From IMG/VR virus record IMGVR_UViG_3300049434_000042, positions 2,265-66,264 of that record: a DNA stretch of 64,000 nucleotides; one strand, written 5' to 3'. Shown piece after piece: positions 56,354 through 64,000 of this stretch; within the stretch, counting starts at the first letter, position 1, and each line of letters opens with the position of its first letter. The translations under genes and the position numbers were made by a program. The notes beneath the pieces are model-generated. The model was given only the letters and a program-made list of their open reading frames with translations. It made no database searches and had not been told where the DNA came from. The DNA comes from a virus.

Positions 56354-57087
56354 TGGTAGATCACCCTTCCGCCCATGTCAGCCTTAAACGCCGAGTCAAC
56401 GCCGGCGCAGCGGGCTTCGAGTACCGACCCGTGGATGAGCATGCCGGCGAGGGTGTCGCCCCACTGGACGTCGATGTCACCGGGGAAGAGGTGCCCGGTG
56501 CCGACTTCGCGGCCGTCGGCTGCGCCGGGGTTGGCTCCGCCGGCGGTAGTCGTACCGATGGTGACGTCTGGCGTGGTGCCGCCACCTAGGCCGGTGGCGT
56601 TCTTTGTCATCGCGGCTACGTCGGTGCCGATGTACTGGCCCTTGAAAGTGACGAGCAGCGCGGACCCGGGAAGCGGCCCGCCGGTGACGAGGACATCACC
56701 GGGGTTGATATTGCTGAGGCCTTCGAGGAGGGTCTGCGCCTGCGCTGCAGTGGCATTGAACGGAATAGTTGCGGTTTGACCGGCAAAGGTGAGCGCGAAC
56801 GTTCCCGAGGTCGGCCCGCCGGTAACGGTGACGGACTGCACTTCGTTGGTTTGCGGGAGGTAGGGCCCGTACTTGCCCGAGACGGTGATCTTGCCGATCG
56901 CGGTGCCACCTCGGAGGATCCGCTGCCCCTTCGCGTTGGCGGGCACGGTCGTGTAGTCGATCGTGATACCACCTTGCTTGACCATGTAGTGCTCGGAGGC
57001 GAGCCAGTCGACGGACGGATCGAGGTCCGTGGTGACGGTCCGTAGCCCGGGGGAGTAACCACCCCCAAACTGTGCCGGTGCTGTCAT
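56350..57087 (-). CDS. Head decoration protein with an inserted accessory domain
   Basis: GT.IGKIT.SGKYGPY...DGRE...HG.V; position before the capsid gene. Confidence 0.8.
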   Translation of the reverse strand: MTAPAQFGGGYSPGLRTVTTDLDPSVDWLASEHYMVKQGGITIDYTTVPANAKGQRILRGGTAIGKITVSGKYGPYLPQTNEVQSVTVTGGPTSGTFALTFAGQTATIPFNATAAQAQTLLEGLSNINPGDVLVTGGPLPGSALLVTFKGQYIGTDVAAMTKNATGLGGGTTPDVTIGTTTAGGANPGAADGREVGTGHLFPGDIDVQWGDTLAGMLIHGSVLEARCAGVDSAFKADMGGRVIYQ

Positions 57088-57109
57088 TTCCTGCTCCTAT
57101 TCGTGGCGG

Positions 57110-58039
57110 CTACTTCGCGGCCGGGGCTGTTTCCCATCCGCGCTGTGTGTTCTCTTCCGCTGCCCACGCGCTCATTTGGCCTGCCTTTGCGCGTACTCGG
57201 GTGGCGTCGGTCTGGCTGACCGGCTGGCCTCCGACGGGGATGCCGACCGAGGTGGGTACGAATCCGGCGGGCTGAGCTCCGTCTTCGCGTAGTGCTCCTC
57301 GGCTGCGCAGTGACCGGATCATTTGCTCTTCGTAGGTGCGTCGAAGGGTCGTGATCCGTTGGGCGACCTGCCCTGCTACGTCGCGGCCGGCTTGATCGGG
57401 GGTGAAGCCGCGGGCGAGCATCCCGGGGATCATCGCTGCGGCGAGGTCGGCGGCGACTGCCTGCTCGTCGACGGAGCCGAAGGTGATCTGACCGGCGGTG
57501 TACTCCCGTGCTGCCATCCGGGCCTCTCGGAGGTCACCGTCTGACGGTCCGGTCGGTACTGGCGCCGGCGGAGGGTACTGCTGCGGTTGCTGCTGCGGTT
57601 GCCCTTGCGGTTGCTGGCCGTGGGCCTGCTGGTACTGCGGGTTGCGCATGGCGTTGACCTGCCGGTCGACCGCTGACTGCACTTGCCGGGAGATGAGGTC
57701 TGCGATCGCGTTCGCGTCGAGTCCCTGCGCCGGCGGTTGGCCGGGTTGCCCCTGCTGGCCGTAGATGTACTGGCCGGGTTGCCCTTGCTGGCCGACCTGC
57801 CCTTGCTGCGGCGCGACGTCGAGCAACCCTGACCACGGGTTGACGGACTGCTGCCCGGGTTGGCCGGGTTGTAGTAGTCCACCCTGTATCTGCTGGCCTT
57901 GCTGATCAGCGGGGGCGCCGGGTGCTTGCTGGCCTACTTGCTGCGGTGCGGCCGGTAGTTGGGCCGGTAGTTGCTGCGGTTGGCCTCCGGTGGTGCCCTG
58001 CTGGCCGGTGTTCGTTTGCTGCGAGTTGGGTTGGGTCAT
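57110..58039 (-). CDS. Scaffolding protein, Gln/Gly/Pro-rich
   Basis: Position; low-complexity QQG N-terminus. Confidence 0.65.
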   Translation of the reverse strand: MTQPNSQQTNTGQQGTTGGQPQQLPAQLPAAPQQVGQQAPGAPADQQGQQIQGGLLQPGQPGQQSVNPWSGLLDVAPQQGQVGQQGQPGQYIYGQQGQPGQPPAQGLDANAIADLISRQVQSAVDRQVNAMRNPQYQQAHGQQPQGQPQQQPQQYPPPAPVPTGPSDGDLREARMAAREYTAGQITFGSVDEQAVAADLAAAMIPGMLARGFTPDQAGRDVAGQVAQRITTLRRTYEEQMIRSLRSRGALREDGAQPAGFVPTSVGIPVGGQPVSQTDATRVRAKAGQMSAWAAEENTQRGWETAPAAK

Positions 58040-58375
58040 GTCGCGCCTTCCGTCTGGCGCGCTCTTCGGCTCCGTTTGCCTCTCGTCCGTTCCGCCCGTG
58101 GGCAGGTTGCCCCGTTCGGCCCGGCGACACCCGGCGTTCGCGCGCCTCTCATGGGGGCGGATCATCCGGGGTTCGTGCTGGCGGTGACCATTGCCGGGGT
58201 GATCACGGCGGTTTCGGGTCTTACAGCCGGTGGCGTGGGTGTGTCACTGCCGGGGGTGTCTCGTCGTTGACGGGGCGGAGCGCGCCGGGCCCCGGGTCGG
58301 GGGGTTTGGTCGGGGGCCGGCGCGGCAGGCTCGTCGACGAGGGGGAGGTACCGACGAGCCCGTCTTTGAGCATAG

Positions 58376-58430
58376 ACGGAGGCCCGCGTTTCCTGCCTCC
58401 CCTGACGGGGCAGTTACCCGGGCCTCCCGT
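58376..58430 (-). terminator. Hairpin
   Basis: GGAGGCCCG / CGGGCCTCC inverted repeat after the MuF operon. Confidence 0.45.
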
Positions 58431-58439
58431 GGGCTGATG

Positions 58440-58649
58440 TTAGTGCCGGAGCGCGGATTTGACCCATCCGGCGAGGTCGTCCCAGCCTTCGGCGGCCAGC
58501 ACGAGGGCCCAGACGGTAGCGGTTGTTTCGGCGTCGAGGTCGGTGTTGCGGATGGCGGTTGCCGCTTCGTCGCGGTAGGCGCGCAGCACGTGGTTTGGTG
58601 AGTTATGCACATGATCGTCTCTGATGACGACGAGCGCGCCGGGGTTCAT
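58440..58649 (-). CDS. Hypothetical protein
   Basis: ATGA overlap. Confidence 0.55.
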   Translation of the reverse strand: MNPGALVVIRDDHVHNSPNHVLRAYRDEAATAIRNTDLDAETTATVWALVLAAEGWDDLAGWVKSALRH

Positions 58650-59437
58650 AGGAGCAGTACCACGAGAATGACTCCGAGGGCGACGAGGCGCCAGGAGTGC
58701 CGGCGGTGCAGCAGGATCCGCTGCGTCTGGCGGTCGAGGGTGGTGGCGGGGTGCCCGGCGGGGACCATGAACGCGAAGGGTTGGCCGTGGCGTGCGGCGT
58801 AGGCGGGGTCGAGGGTGGCCAGTAGGTACGTGTCGTCGCTGACGATGTCGCCGATTCGGAGATTCTGGTCGGGGCGGATGGCTCCGAACATGGTCGATTC
58901 GCGGCGGGTGCGGCTGGTGGTGATGGCTTCGTCGAGGTCGGCGACGTGGGCTGCGAGGTCGAGGTCGAGGGTGCCGGTGCGTAGTTGCCGGTCGAGCTCG
59001 ACGGGGTCGTCGAGGTAGCGGTTAAGTGCGTCGAGGTACTTCTGATCGGGTTGGCCGAGGATCGAGTCGAGCTCTTCGCTGTAGTCGCCTCGGGCGACGT
59101 AGCCTCGGCGTTCGTAGGTGGCTTCGTGTGGGCCGGGGATCATTCTCGCGCCGACGCCGGCGGGGCCCTTGCGGCGTTCGGCGAGTGGCCGGCGCATGAT
59201 TTCGAGGTTGGCTTCGTCGCGGTGGCCGGTGAGGAATCCGTCGAGGTAGGGGATGATCACGGACCTGCACCAGCGGTGAAACGGTGGGTGGTCGAAGTCG
59301 CCTACGAGGGTGCGGAACGGGTCGGCCAGTTCGCGGATTTGGCCGGCGCAGTCGAGGCAGATCATGGTTGTGGCGGGGTCGATCTGCGCGAGTAGTTGCT
59401 TCCGCAGCAGGGGGACTCTAGGAGGCCGCGGCGGCAC
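58646..59437 (-). CDS. MuF (SPP1 gp7-like) C-terminal domain fused to a degenerate ADP-ribosyltransferase-like domain
   Basis: D..T..IC....GQ..F..PPFH..CRS; then Y....LR..LD.A..GD...D..Y...VPAG..ILL.R. Confidence 0.7.
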   Translation of the reverse strand: MPPRPPRVPLLRKQLLAQIDPATTMICLDCAGQIRELADPFRTLVGDFDHPPFHRWCRSVIIPYLDGFLTGHRDEANLEIMRRPLAERRKGPAGVGARMIPGPHEATYERRGYVARGDYSEELDSILGQPDQKYLDALNRYLDDPVELDRQLRTGTLDLDLAAHVADLDEAITTSRTRRESTMFGAIRPDQNLRIGDIVSDDTYLLATLDPAYAARHGQPFAFMVPAGHPATTLDRQTQRILLHRRHSWRLVALGVILVVLLL

Positions 59438-60107
59438 GTGACCAACCCTGGTAGCCGGCGAGGAGTAGGCCGTTGACGACGGCGACGGATCCGGCGCGGG
59501 CCTCTTCGACGCAGCGGGAGCGCAGGGCCCAGAGCACTCCGCGGCCGGGTGCGCCGGCGAGTCGGACGGGGTCTTCGGAGCACCAGCGGCGGGCGAGGTC
59601 GGCGGGTGTCTCTTCGGGGTGTACTGCCCAGACGCGGGCTTGCTCGGTCATTCGGCCGGCGGTGATGCCGACCTCGACGGCGATCCGGGCGCAGGCGGTG
59701 GCGTAGTAGCGGGCTTCGAGGTCGGGGGCGATGGTTTCGGCTGCGAGGACGCCGGCGCCGGCGACGGGTATGGCGTGGGGCCCGACGGTCTGCTGACAAG
59801 TGCGGAGCTGCCGGGCGATCACTGGGAGGGTTTCGCCGCGGGTCAAGGCGAGGAGCTGTGAGATCGCGGGCCCGGCGATGGCGAGGATCTGCTCGGGTGT
59901 GGGTAGGAGCTTCGGCACTGCTCGGCGTAGCGCGGTGCGGGTGCTGGCGCCGGCGGCGACGGTGCGTTCGGTGAGGGATACGGCGACGCCTCGGAGCCCA
60001 GATTCGATGACGGCGGCCGCGCGGTGCTCTTCGACGAGCAGGGCATCCATGAGGGCTTTGCTGGCGTCGGCGACGTCGCGGCCGGCGGAGGGTCGGCCGC
60101 CACTCAT
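59418..60107 (-). CDS. Probable N-terminal half of the MuF-like minor head protein
   Basis: Between portal and the MuF core; helical. Confidence 0.55.
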   Translation of the reverse strand: MSGGRPSAGRDVADASKALMDALLVEEHRAAAVIESGLRGVAVSLTERTVAAGASTRTALRRAVPKLLPTPEQILAIAGPAISQLLALTRGETLPVIARQLRTCQQTVGPHAIPVAGAGVLAAETIAPDLEARYYATACARIAVEVGITAGRMTEQARVWAVHPEETPADLARRWCSEDPVRLAGAPGRGVLWALRSRCVEEARAGSVAVVNGLLLAGYQGWSRAAAAS

Positions 60108-61870
60108 CGGGCGGGCCGGAGGTGGGTGGGATTGTTCACGACGCCTCCGACGGTGCCGGGTGGTGTGTTGGTGCCGCCGACGACTCCGGTACCGGGTGAG
60201 GGTGCTCCGCCGAAGCGGCCGCCGTCGATGCCGCCGAATGCTGCCTGCTGCGCTTGCTGGTCACGCTGGCTTTGAGCGTCGATCTCGCCGGTAATCGTGG
60301 TGATCTCGGTGTTGGTGTACCCGCGTAGCCGGAGGGCCTCTTCTCGAGAAATTAGGTTCGCGGTGAAGTCGTCTCGGATTTGTGCGGCGTCGACTACTCC
60401 GCCGGAGCCGGTGCGGATCTCCGCGGAGCGTTGTGGGTAGACCTTGAGTGGGTCGATTTTCAGGGCTTCGACGACGGCGGTCACGCGGTCGAGTTGGTCT
60501 GCGCCGGCTGTCCAGTGGGCTTGACAGTCGAGGACGATGTTGACGAGGGCGAGCCAGTCGCGGACGAGTTGGTTGCGTAGGACGTCGAAGGTCGATTCGG
60601 TGCGGGTGTTGAGAATCTCCAGCGCGTAGCCGGTGACGGCGCCGAGGCCTTGCAGCGTGGACTGGTCGACGCGGGCGAGTCCGAATGTGCCGTAGAGAGC
60701 GTCGAGGAGCACGGTCCGCTGATGTTCGATCAGCGCCGTGTCTGTGGGGAGTACTACGGGGAAGGCTGCGGTGCCTCCGGGGAAAGTGAGCACGTCGGCC
60801 ACGTCTTTGTGAATCTTGCCGTCGGCTTGAGTTTTCATCATGGCTTGATCGCCGACGACGACGAGGGTTGCGTGCGCGTTGTGAGCAGCGGCGAGGAAGC
60901 CGCGCTGCAGCAGGGAGTCGAGGCGGTCAGCCGTTCGCATGGCGCGGGTGCTGACGACGGACTCGCCGCGCTCGACGCGCAGGCCCTTACGGGATCCGCG
61001 TAGCAGTCCCCACGGGACGAAGGGCACGCCGACTGGGATGCGATCGAGGAGGACGTCCTCGTCTTGCCCGGGGCGCTCTTCCCACCACGTCTCGACGCAT
61101 TGCACGGTGACCGGGCCCGTTTCGGGGGTGCCGTCCGGGCCGGGGTACCAGTAGGCCTCGACACGCCATTCGCGGCGGATGGTGACCTGATGAACGTTGC
61201 CGTCGTCACCGGTGCGCCAGTGGGTCTCCCAGAGAGCGACGAACTCGGGGCGGTCGGATCGTTCGCGGGTGAAATCCATGCGGACGGCGTCGCTCGGGTA
61301 GAAGTCGAGCCAGCAGTTGCCGAGGGCGACGTCGAAGCGGACGCGTACGGGGCAGTCCATCGCGAGGAGAGCTTCGCGGGTGACGCGTTCGACTGAGAGC
61401 TCGTCGTCGTCAGCGGTGCCGGAGAGCTCCGGGGATGAGTCGAGGCATCGGTCGATGACGTCTTGCACGGCTTTGTCTTTCGCCTCGACGGCGAAGTCGG
61501 TCACGAGCCGGTGGGTTAGGTAGTCGACGGAGTCTTCGATCTCCGAGGAGTAGGCGTGGAGTCGGAGGTGCTCGGGGAGGCGCCCGGAGACGATGGCCCG
61601 GGCGAGCATCTTCTCGCCGGCGCGAGCTTGCTCGGCGGTGAGGCCGGCTAGGCACGCGGTGTTGTCGGCGTCGAGTTGGGTGCCGCCGTAGTAGGCGCGG
61701 CGGGCGGCGACCTGATCGCGTCGGACGAGCTCGGCTGCCTGCCGGAAGTCGCCTTCGCTGGCGTAGGTGGCCGTGGCGAGTGGTGTGGAGACCCTCATGC
61801 CGATTTGGCCGGGTTCGTTGTATCCGAGGTCAGGGCTGGTCATGCCGTGATATTGCCCTACGGCGGTCAC
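60104..61870 (-). CDS. Portal protein (SPP1 gp6-like)
   Basis: YY.G; VP+; TGYALE; ISREEAL..GY; position after the terminase nuclease gene. Confidence 0.85.
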   Translation of the reverse strand: MTAVGQYHGMTSPDLGYNEPGQIGMRVSTPLATATYASEGDFRQAAELVRRDQVAARRAYYGGTQLDADNTACLAGLTAEQARAGEKMLARAIVSGRLPEHLRLHAYSSEIEDSVDYLTHRLVTDFAVEAKDKAVQDVIDRCLDSSPELSGTADDDELSVERVTREALLAMDCPVRVRFDVALGNCWLDFYPSDAVRMDFTRERSDRPEFVALWETHWRTGDDGNVHQVTIRREWRVEAYWYPGPDGTPETGPVTVQCVETWWEERPGQDEDVLLDRIPVGVPFVPWGLLRGSRKGLRVERGESVVSTRAMRTADRLDSLLQRGFLAAAHNAHATLVVVGDQAMMKTQADGKIHKDVADVLTFPGGTAAFPVVLPTDTALIEHQRTVLLDALYGTFGLARVDQSTLQGLGAVTGYALEILNTRTESTFDVLRNQLVRDWLALVNIVLDCQAHWTAGADQLDRVTAVVEALKIDPLKVYPQRSAEIRTGSGGVVDAAQIRDDFTANLISREEALRLRGYTNTEITTITGEIDAQSQRDQQAQQAAFGGIDGGRFGGAPSPGTGVVGGTNTPPGTVGGVVNNPTHLRPAR

Positions 61871-62826
61871 TGTGTGCGTCCGCTGGTGACTGCGGCGCGG
61901 AACTCGCTCATCCCGCCGGAGGCCATGCGTAGCCCGTACCAGAGGTGCCAGAGCGCCATAACGGTGTCATCGTGTTCGCCGACGCCTTGGAGTTTGCCGT
62001 CGACGTAGCCAAACGCTGCGAGCTCGATCAGCATGTTTTCGATCTCGCCGACTCGGGTGCCGTTGCTGCGGTAGGGGAAAGACCAGCGGCGGGCGGAGAA
62101 GTCGATGAGGAGCGCGGGGACTCCGATGTGTAGTGATTGCTTCTCTTCGCCGGCGCGGTGGCGTAGGACCGGGACGTCGGAGTGTGCCTCGACGGTTTGG
62201 GCCCAGATGACCTGTGCAGCGTCGGCTTCGATGACGACGAAGTCATCATGGAAGAGGGCCCACTGCTGCGCGATGAGCTCGCACTGCTCGGCGAAGGTCT
62301 TGCCCTCCCACCTGTGAATATCGAGGACGCGTTTGCGGCCGGTGTGCAGGTCGAGCTCTCCCGTGATTTTGACGAGGAAGTCACCTCCGACTTTCTCCGA
62401 CCATGCGAGGTCCCAGGCGGAGACGACTATGAGGCGGTGTTCGAGCCCGTTGGGTTTGAGGTAGTGGGGGAGACAGCCGCGGGCCTGGTCGAGCATCGGA
62501 CGCATGAGACGCCGGGGGAAGAGCGACGACTCGTCGGAGCGTGCGCTGGTCAATAATTCACGGTCATAAAGTATCGGGCCGAGCTCTTTGCGCTTCGCGT
62601 TCAGGCACGCGGTGTTCTTTGGGCAGATCTTGCAGGGGAGCTCTCGTTTGATCTCGGGTCGGAGCTCGGGGGGTGCCTCTTCGACTTTGTCGACGCACTC
62701 CTGCAGGGCGATCGCTGGCCAGCGTGACTGCCATAGGGATACGCGGGTGTTGACGTCGACTACGGCTAGTTCGTCGCCCTCTTCGAGTGGGTCTTCGTCG
62801 AGGACGACGGACCGGCCGAGCACCAT
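61867..62826 (-). CDS. terL: Terminase large subunit, nuclease (RNase H-like) half only
   Basis: LW..RW..ELG...Y.RE; AWDLAWS..GDF; VIEA; EHDDTVMALW; no Walker A/B. Confidence 0.88.
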   Translation of the reverse strand: MVLGRSVVLDEDPLEEGDELAVVDVNTRVSLWQSRWPAIALQECVDKVEEAPPELRPEIKRELPCKICPKNTACLNAKRKELGPILYDRELLTSARSDESSLFPRRLMRPMLDQARGCLPHYLKPNGLEHRLIVVSAWDLAWSEKVGGDFLVKITGELDLHTGRKRVLDIHRWEGKTFAEQCELIAQQWALFHDDFVVIEADAAQVIWAQTVEAHSDVPVLRHRAGEEKQSLHIGVPALLIDFSARRWSFPYRSNGTRVGEIENMLIELAAFGYVDGKLQGVGEHDDTVMALWHLWYGLRMASGGMSEFRAAVTSGRTQ

Positions 62827-62829
62827 GGG

Positions 62830-63117
62830 TCAGCGCCATCCGATGGGGGCGAAGAGCCACCCTTCGTCGATGAGCTGGTCGAGGCTGTTCTCAGTGACGG
62901 GCAGGCTTCCGTTGTATCGGCGTACGCACCATGGGCAGACCTGCCCGGCGTGCGGGTGTAGGCCATGCACGGTGATCTGTTCGTAGGCGTCGGCGCAGCT
63001 TCCGAAGACGTCGGCGCTGATCTCTTCGCTGCGTCGGGGGCAGTACCAGTAGATGTGGTCGGCGTTGATCCCGCGCCACCACGGGGTGATCAGTTCGACG
63101 GGTGCGGTTCGGGTCAT
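62830..63117 (-). CDS. Small Cys/His protein
   Basis: HI..YC..C..CPWC. Confidence 0.55.
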   Translation of the reverse strand: MTRTAPVELITPWWRGINADHIYWYCPRRSEEISADVFGSCADAYEQITVHGLHPHAGQVCPWCVRRYNGSLPVTENSLDQLIDEGWLFAPIGWR

Positions 63118-63422
63118 ATCTGCAGGTCCTTTCGGTCGACTAGTAGTCGGATACCGGGGGCGAGGCGCCCGTGTTGTCGTGCTGCGCGGGCTGCGCCGCG
63201 GGGTCGCATGTCAGCCTCGTCGATGAGTAGGCGCATTAGCCGGGCGATGTTGACCTCGTCGGCTGGCCAGCGCATGCGCTTACCGGATCCGGGGTTTGGG
63301 TTCTCTGGTCGCAGGAATCCCTGCGTTGTCCAGTGGTAGAGCTCACGGACGGTGATGCCGTGCGGGTAGAACGCGTGGCAGGTCACGGTCGTGCGTCCGT
63401 CGAGGGTGTCGCTAATCGTCAC
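63114..63422 (-). CDS. MerR-type HTH DNA-binding protein
   Basis: GIT.R.L.HW...G.L.P...GSG.R..W...V..ARL. Confidence 0.75.
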   Translation of the reverse strand: MTISDTLDGRTTVTCHAFYPHGITVRELYHWTTQGFLRPENPNPGSGKRMRWPADEVNIARLMRLLIDEADMRPRGAARAARQHGRLAPGIRLLVDRKDLQI

Positions 63423-63648
63423 TGTCGCCTCGTAGCTGTTCGGCCAGCGTGGTCGCTTGCTCTTCGGTGAAGACCAGCGTGCCGACGCCGGGAACGCAGA
63501 TCGACATTTCCCAGCGGCCGCGGTGCCATCGGAAGATGAGCTGCCGGCGGGTACTCGTCTCGACGTCGGTTGTTTCGATTACGACGCTGCCGTCTTTATT
63601 GACGGTGACTGGTGGGATCCCGTTGTAAGCGGGCTCGGGCCGGGTCAC
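63412..63648 (-). CDS. Hypothetical protein
   Basis: GTGA overlap. Confidence 0.5.
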   Translation of the reverse strand: MTRPEPAYNGIPPVTVNKDGSVVIETTDVETSTRRQLIFRWHRGRWEMSICVPGVGTLVFTEEQATTLAEQLRGDSDD

Positions 63649-64000
63649 CGGCGGTACGCGTCTCGGTTGTCCCATGCCCGTTTGGCCTCGAACGATCCGC
63701 GTTTGGTCTCGAACCACCAGCGGGCGGAACTAGCTCCGACGCCGGCGCCGAGGATCCCGCAGATGATCCCGGACGGGCCCATCATTTGCACAAGTGCTCC
63801 GAAAATCTCCATAGGTCGCGCCTCCCAGCAGCAGTAAAACACACGATCGGGACTCACGGCCGGTGTCGCTCGGGTAGCCGCTGGTCAGGGGCCCGGGCGC
63901 GGCTTACGCTCGGGTTTCCGTCTCCCGGTGTTGCCTGACACCCTCCTGACGGAGTGCGGCGCCCGTGGCCTGTCTTTGGCCCGGGCGTCGCTGCCGTCTC

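Larger units (their letters stand above)
1..64000. mobile_element. Actinobacterial siphovirus-like phage carrying a conjugative T4CP + MobF module (candidate phage-plasmid); extends beyond both window edges
   Basis: Portal, capsid, tail, tape measure, lysis and replication genes on - strand; coupling protein and relaxase on + strand; WhiB and very high GC indicate an actinobacterial host; no chromosomal housekeeping genes. Confidence 0.88.

Noticed and set aside
58040-58439. 400-bp GC-rich gap as a structured ncRNA
   Set aside because: Only a terminator-like hairpin and the 13-bp motif are evident; no recognisable RNA family
1-64000. Apparent abundance of CTAG, TCGA and GAGCTC words
   Set aside because: Impression only; needs k-mer statistics before any restriction-avoidance claim

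Overview
A high-GC actinobacterial element that combines a nearly complete siphovirus genome with a conjugative mobilisation module, i.e. a candidate conjugative phage-plasmid. No integrase, repressor or att site is visible in the window. The + strand arm (1-17.8 kb) carries a VirD4-type coupling protein, a MobF (TrwC-type) relaxase-helicase, an oriT-like repeat region, an Frpo/ssi-like foldback, WhiB, a 1013-aa very acidic protein, tRNA-Gln(UUG) and many small membrane proteins. The - strand arm (17.9-64 kb) carries RusA, a LexA DNA-binding domain, recombination genes (ERF, SSB, PD-(D/E)XK nuclease, HNH), lambda-style replication genes (initiator with iterons, DnaC-like loader, DnaB), and lysis, tail and head genes. 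Main oddities: (1) the terminase large subunit is split into an ATPase gene (20.4-21.2 kb) and a nuclease gene (61.9-62.8 kb) about 41 kb apart; (2) a SigD-like promoter motif GTAAC-N17-CGAT occurs 10 times (plus one N16 copy), always pointing into non-virion genes including the relaxase, and the element encodes an RsdA-like anti-sigma domain; (3) a helix motif AVxxAHxAxxE is shared by the relaxase, the acidic protein and a 68-aa ORF, possibly a transfer signal; (4) a split MuF gene carries an apparently inactive ADP-ribosyltransferase domain. All family calls come from recognising motifs by eye; no database searches were run.
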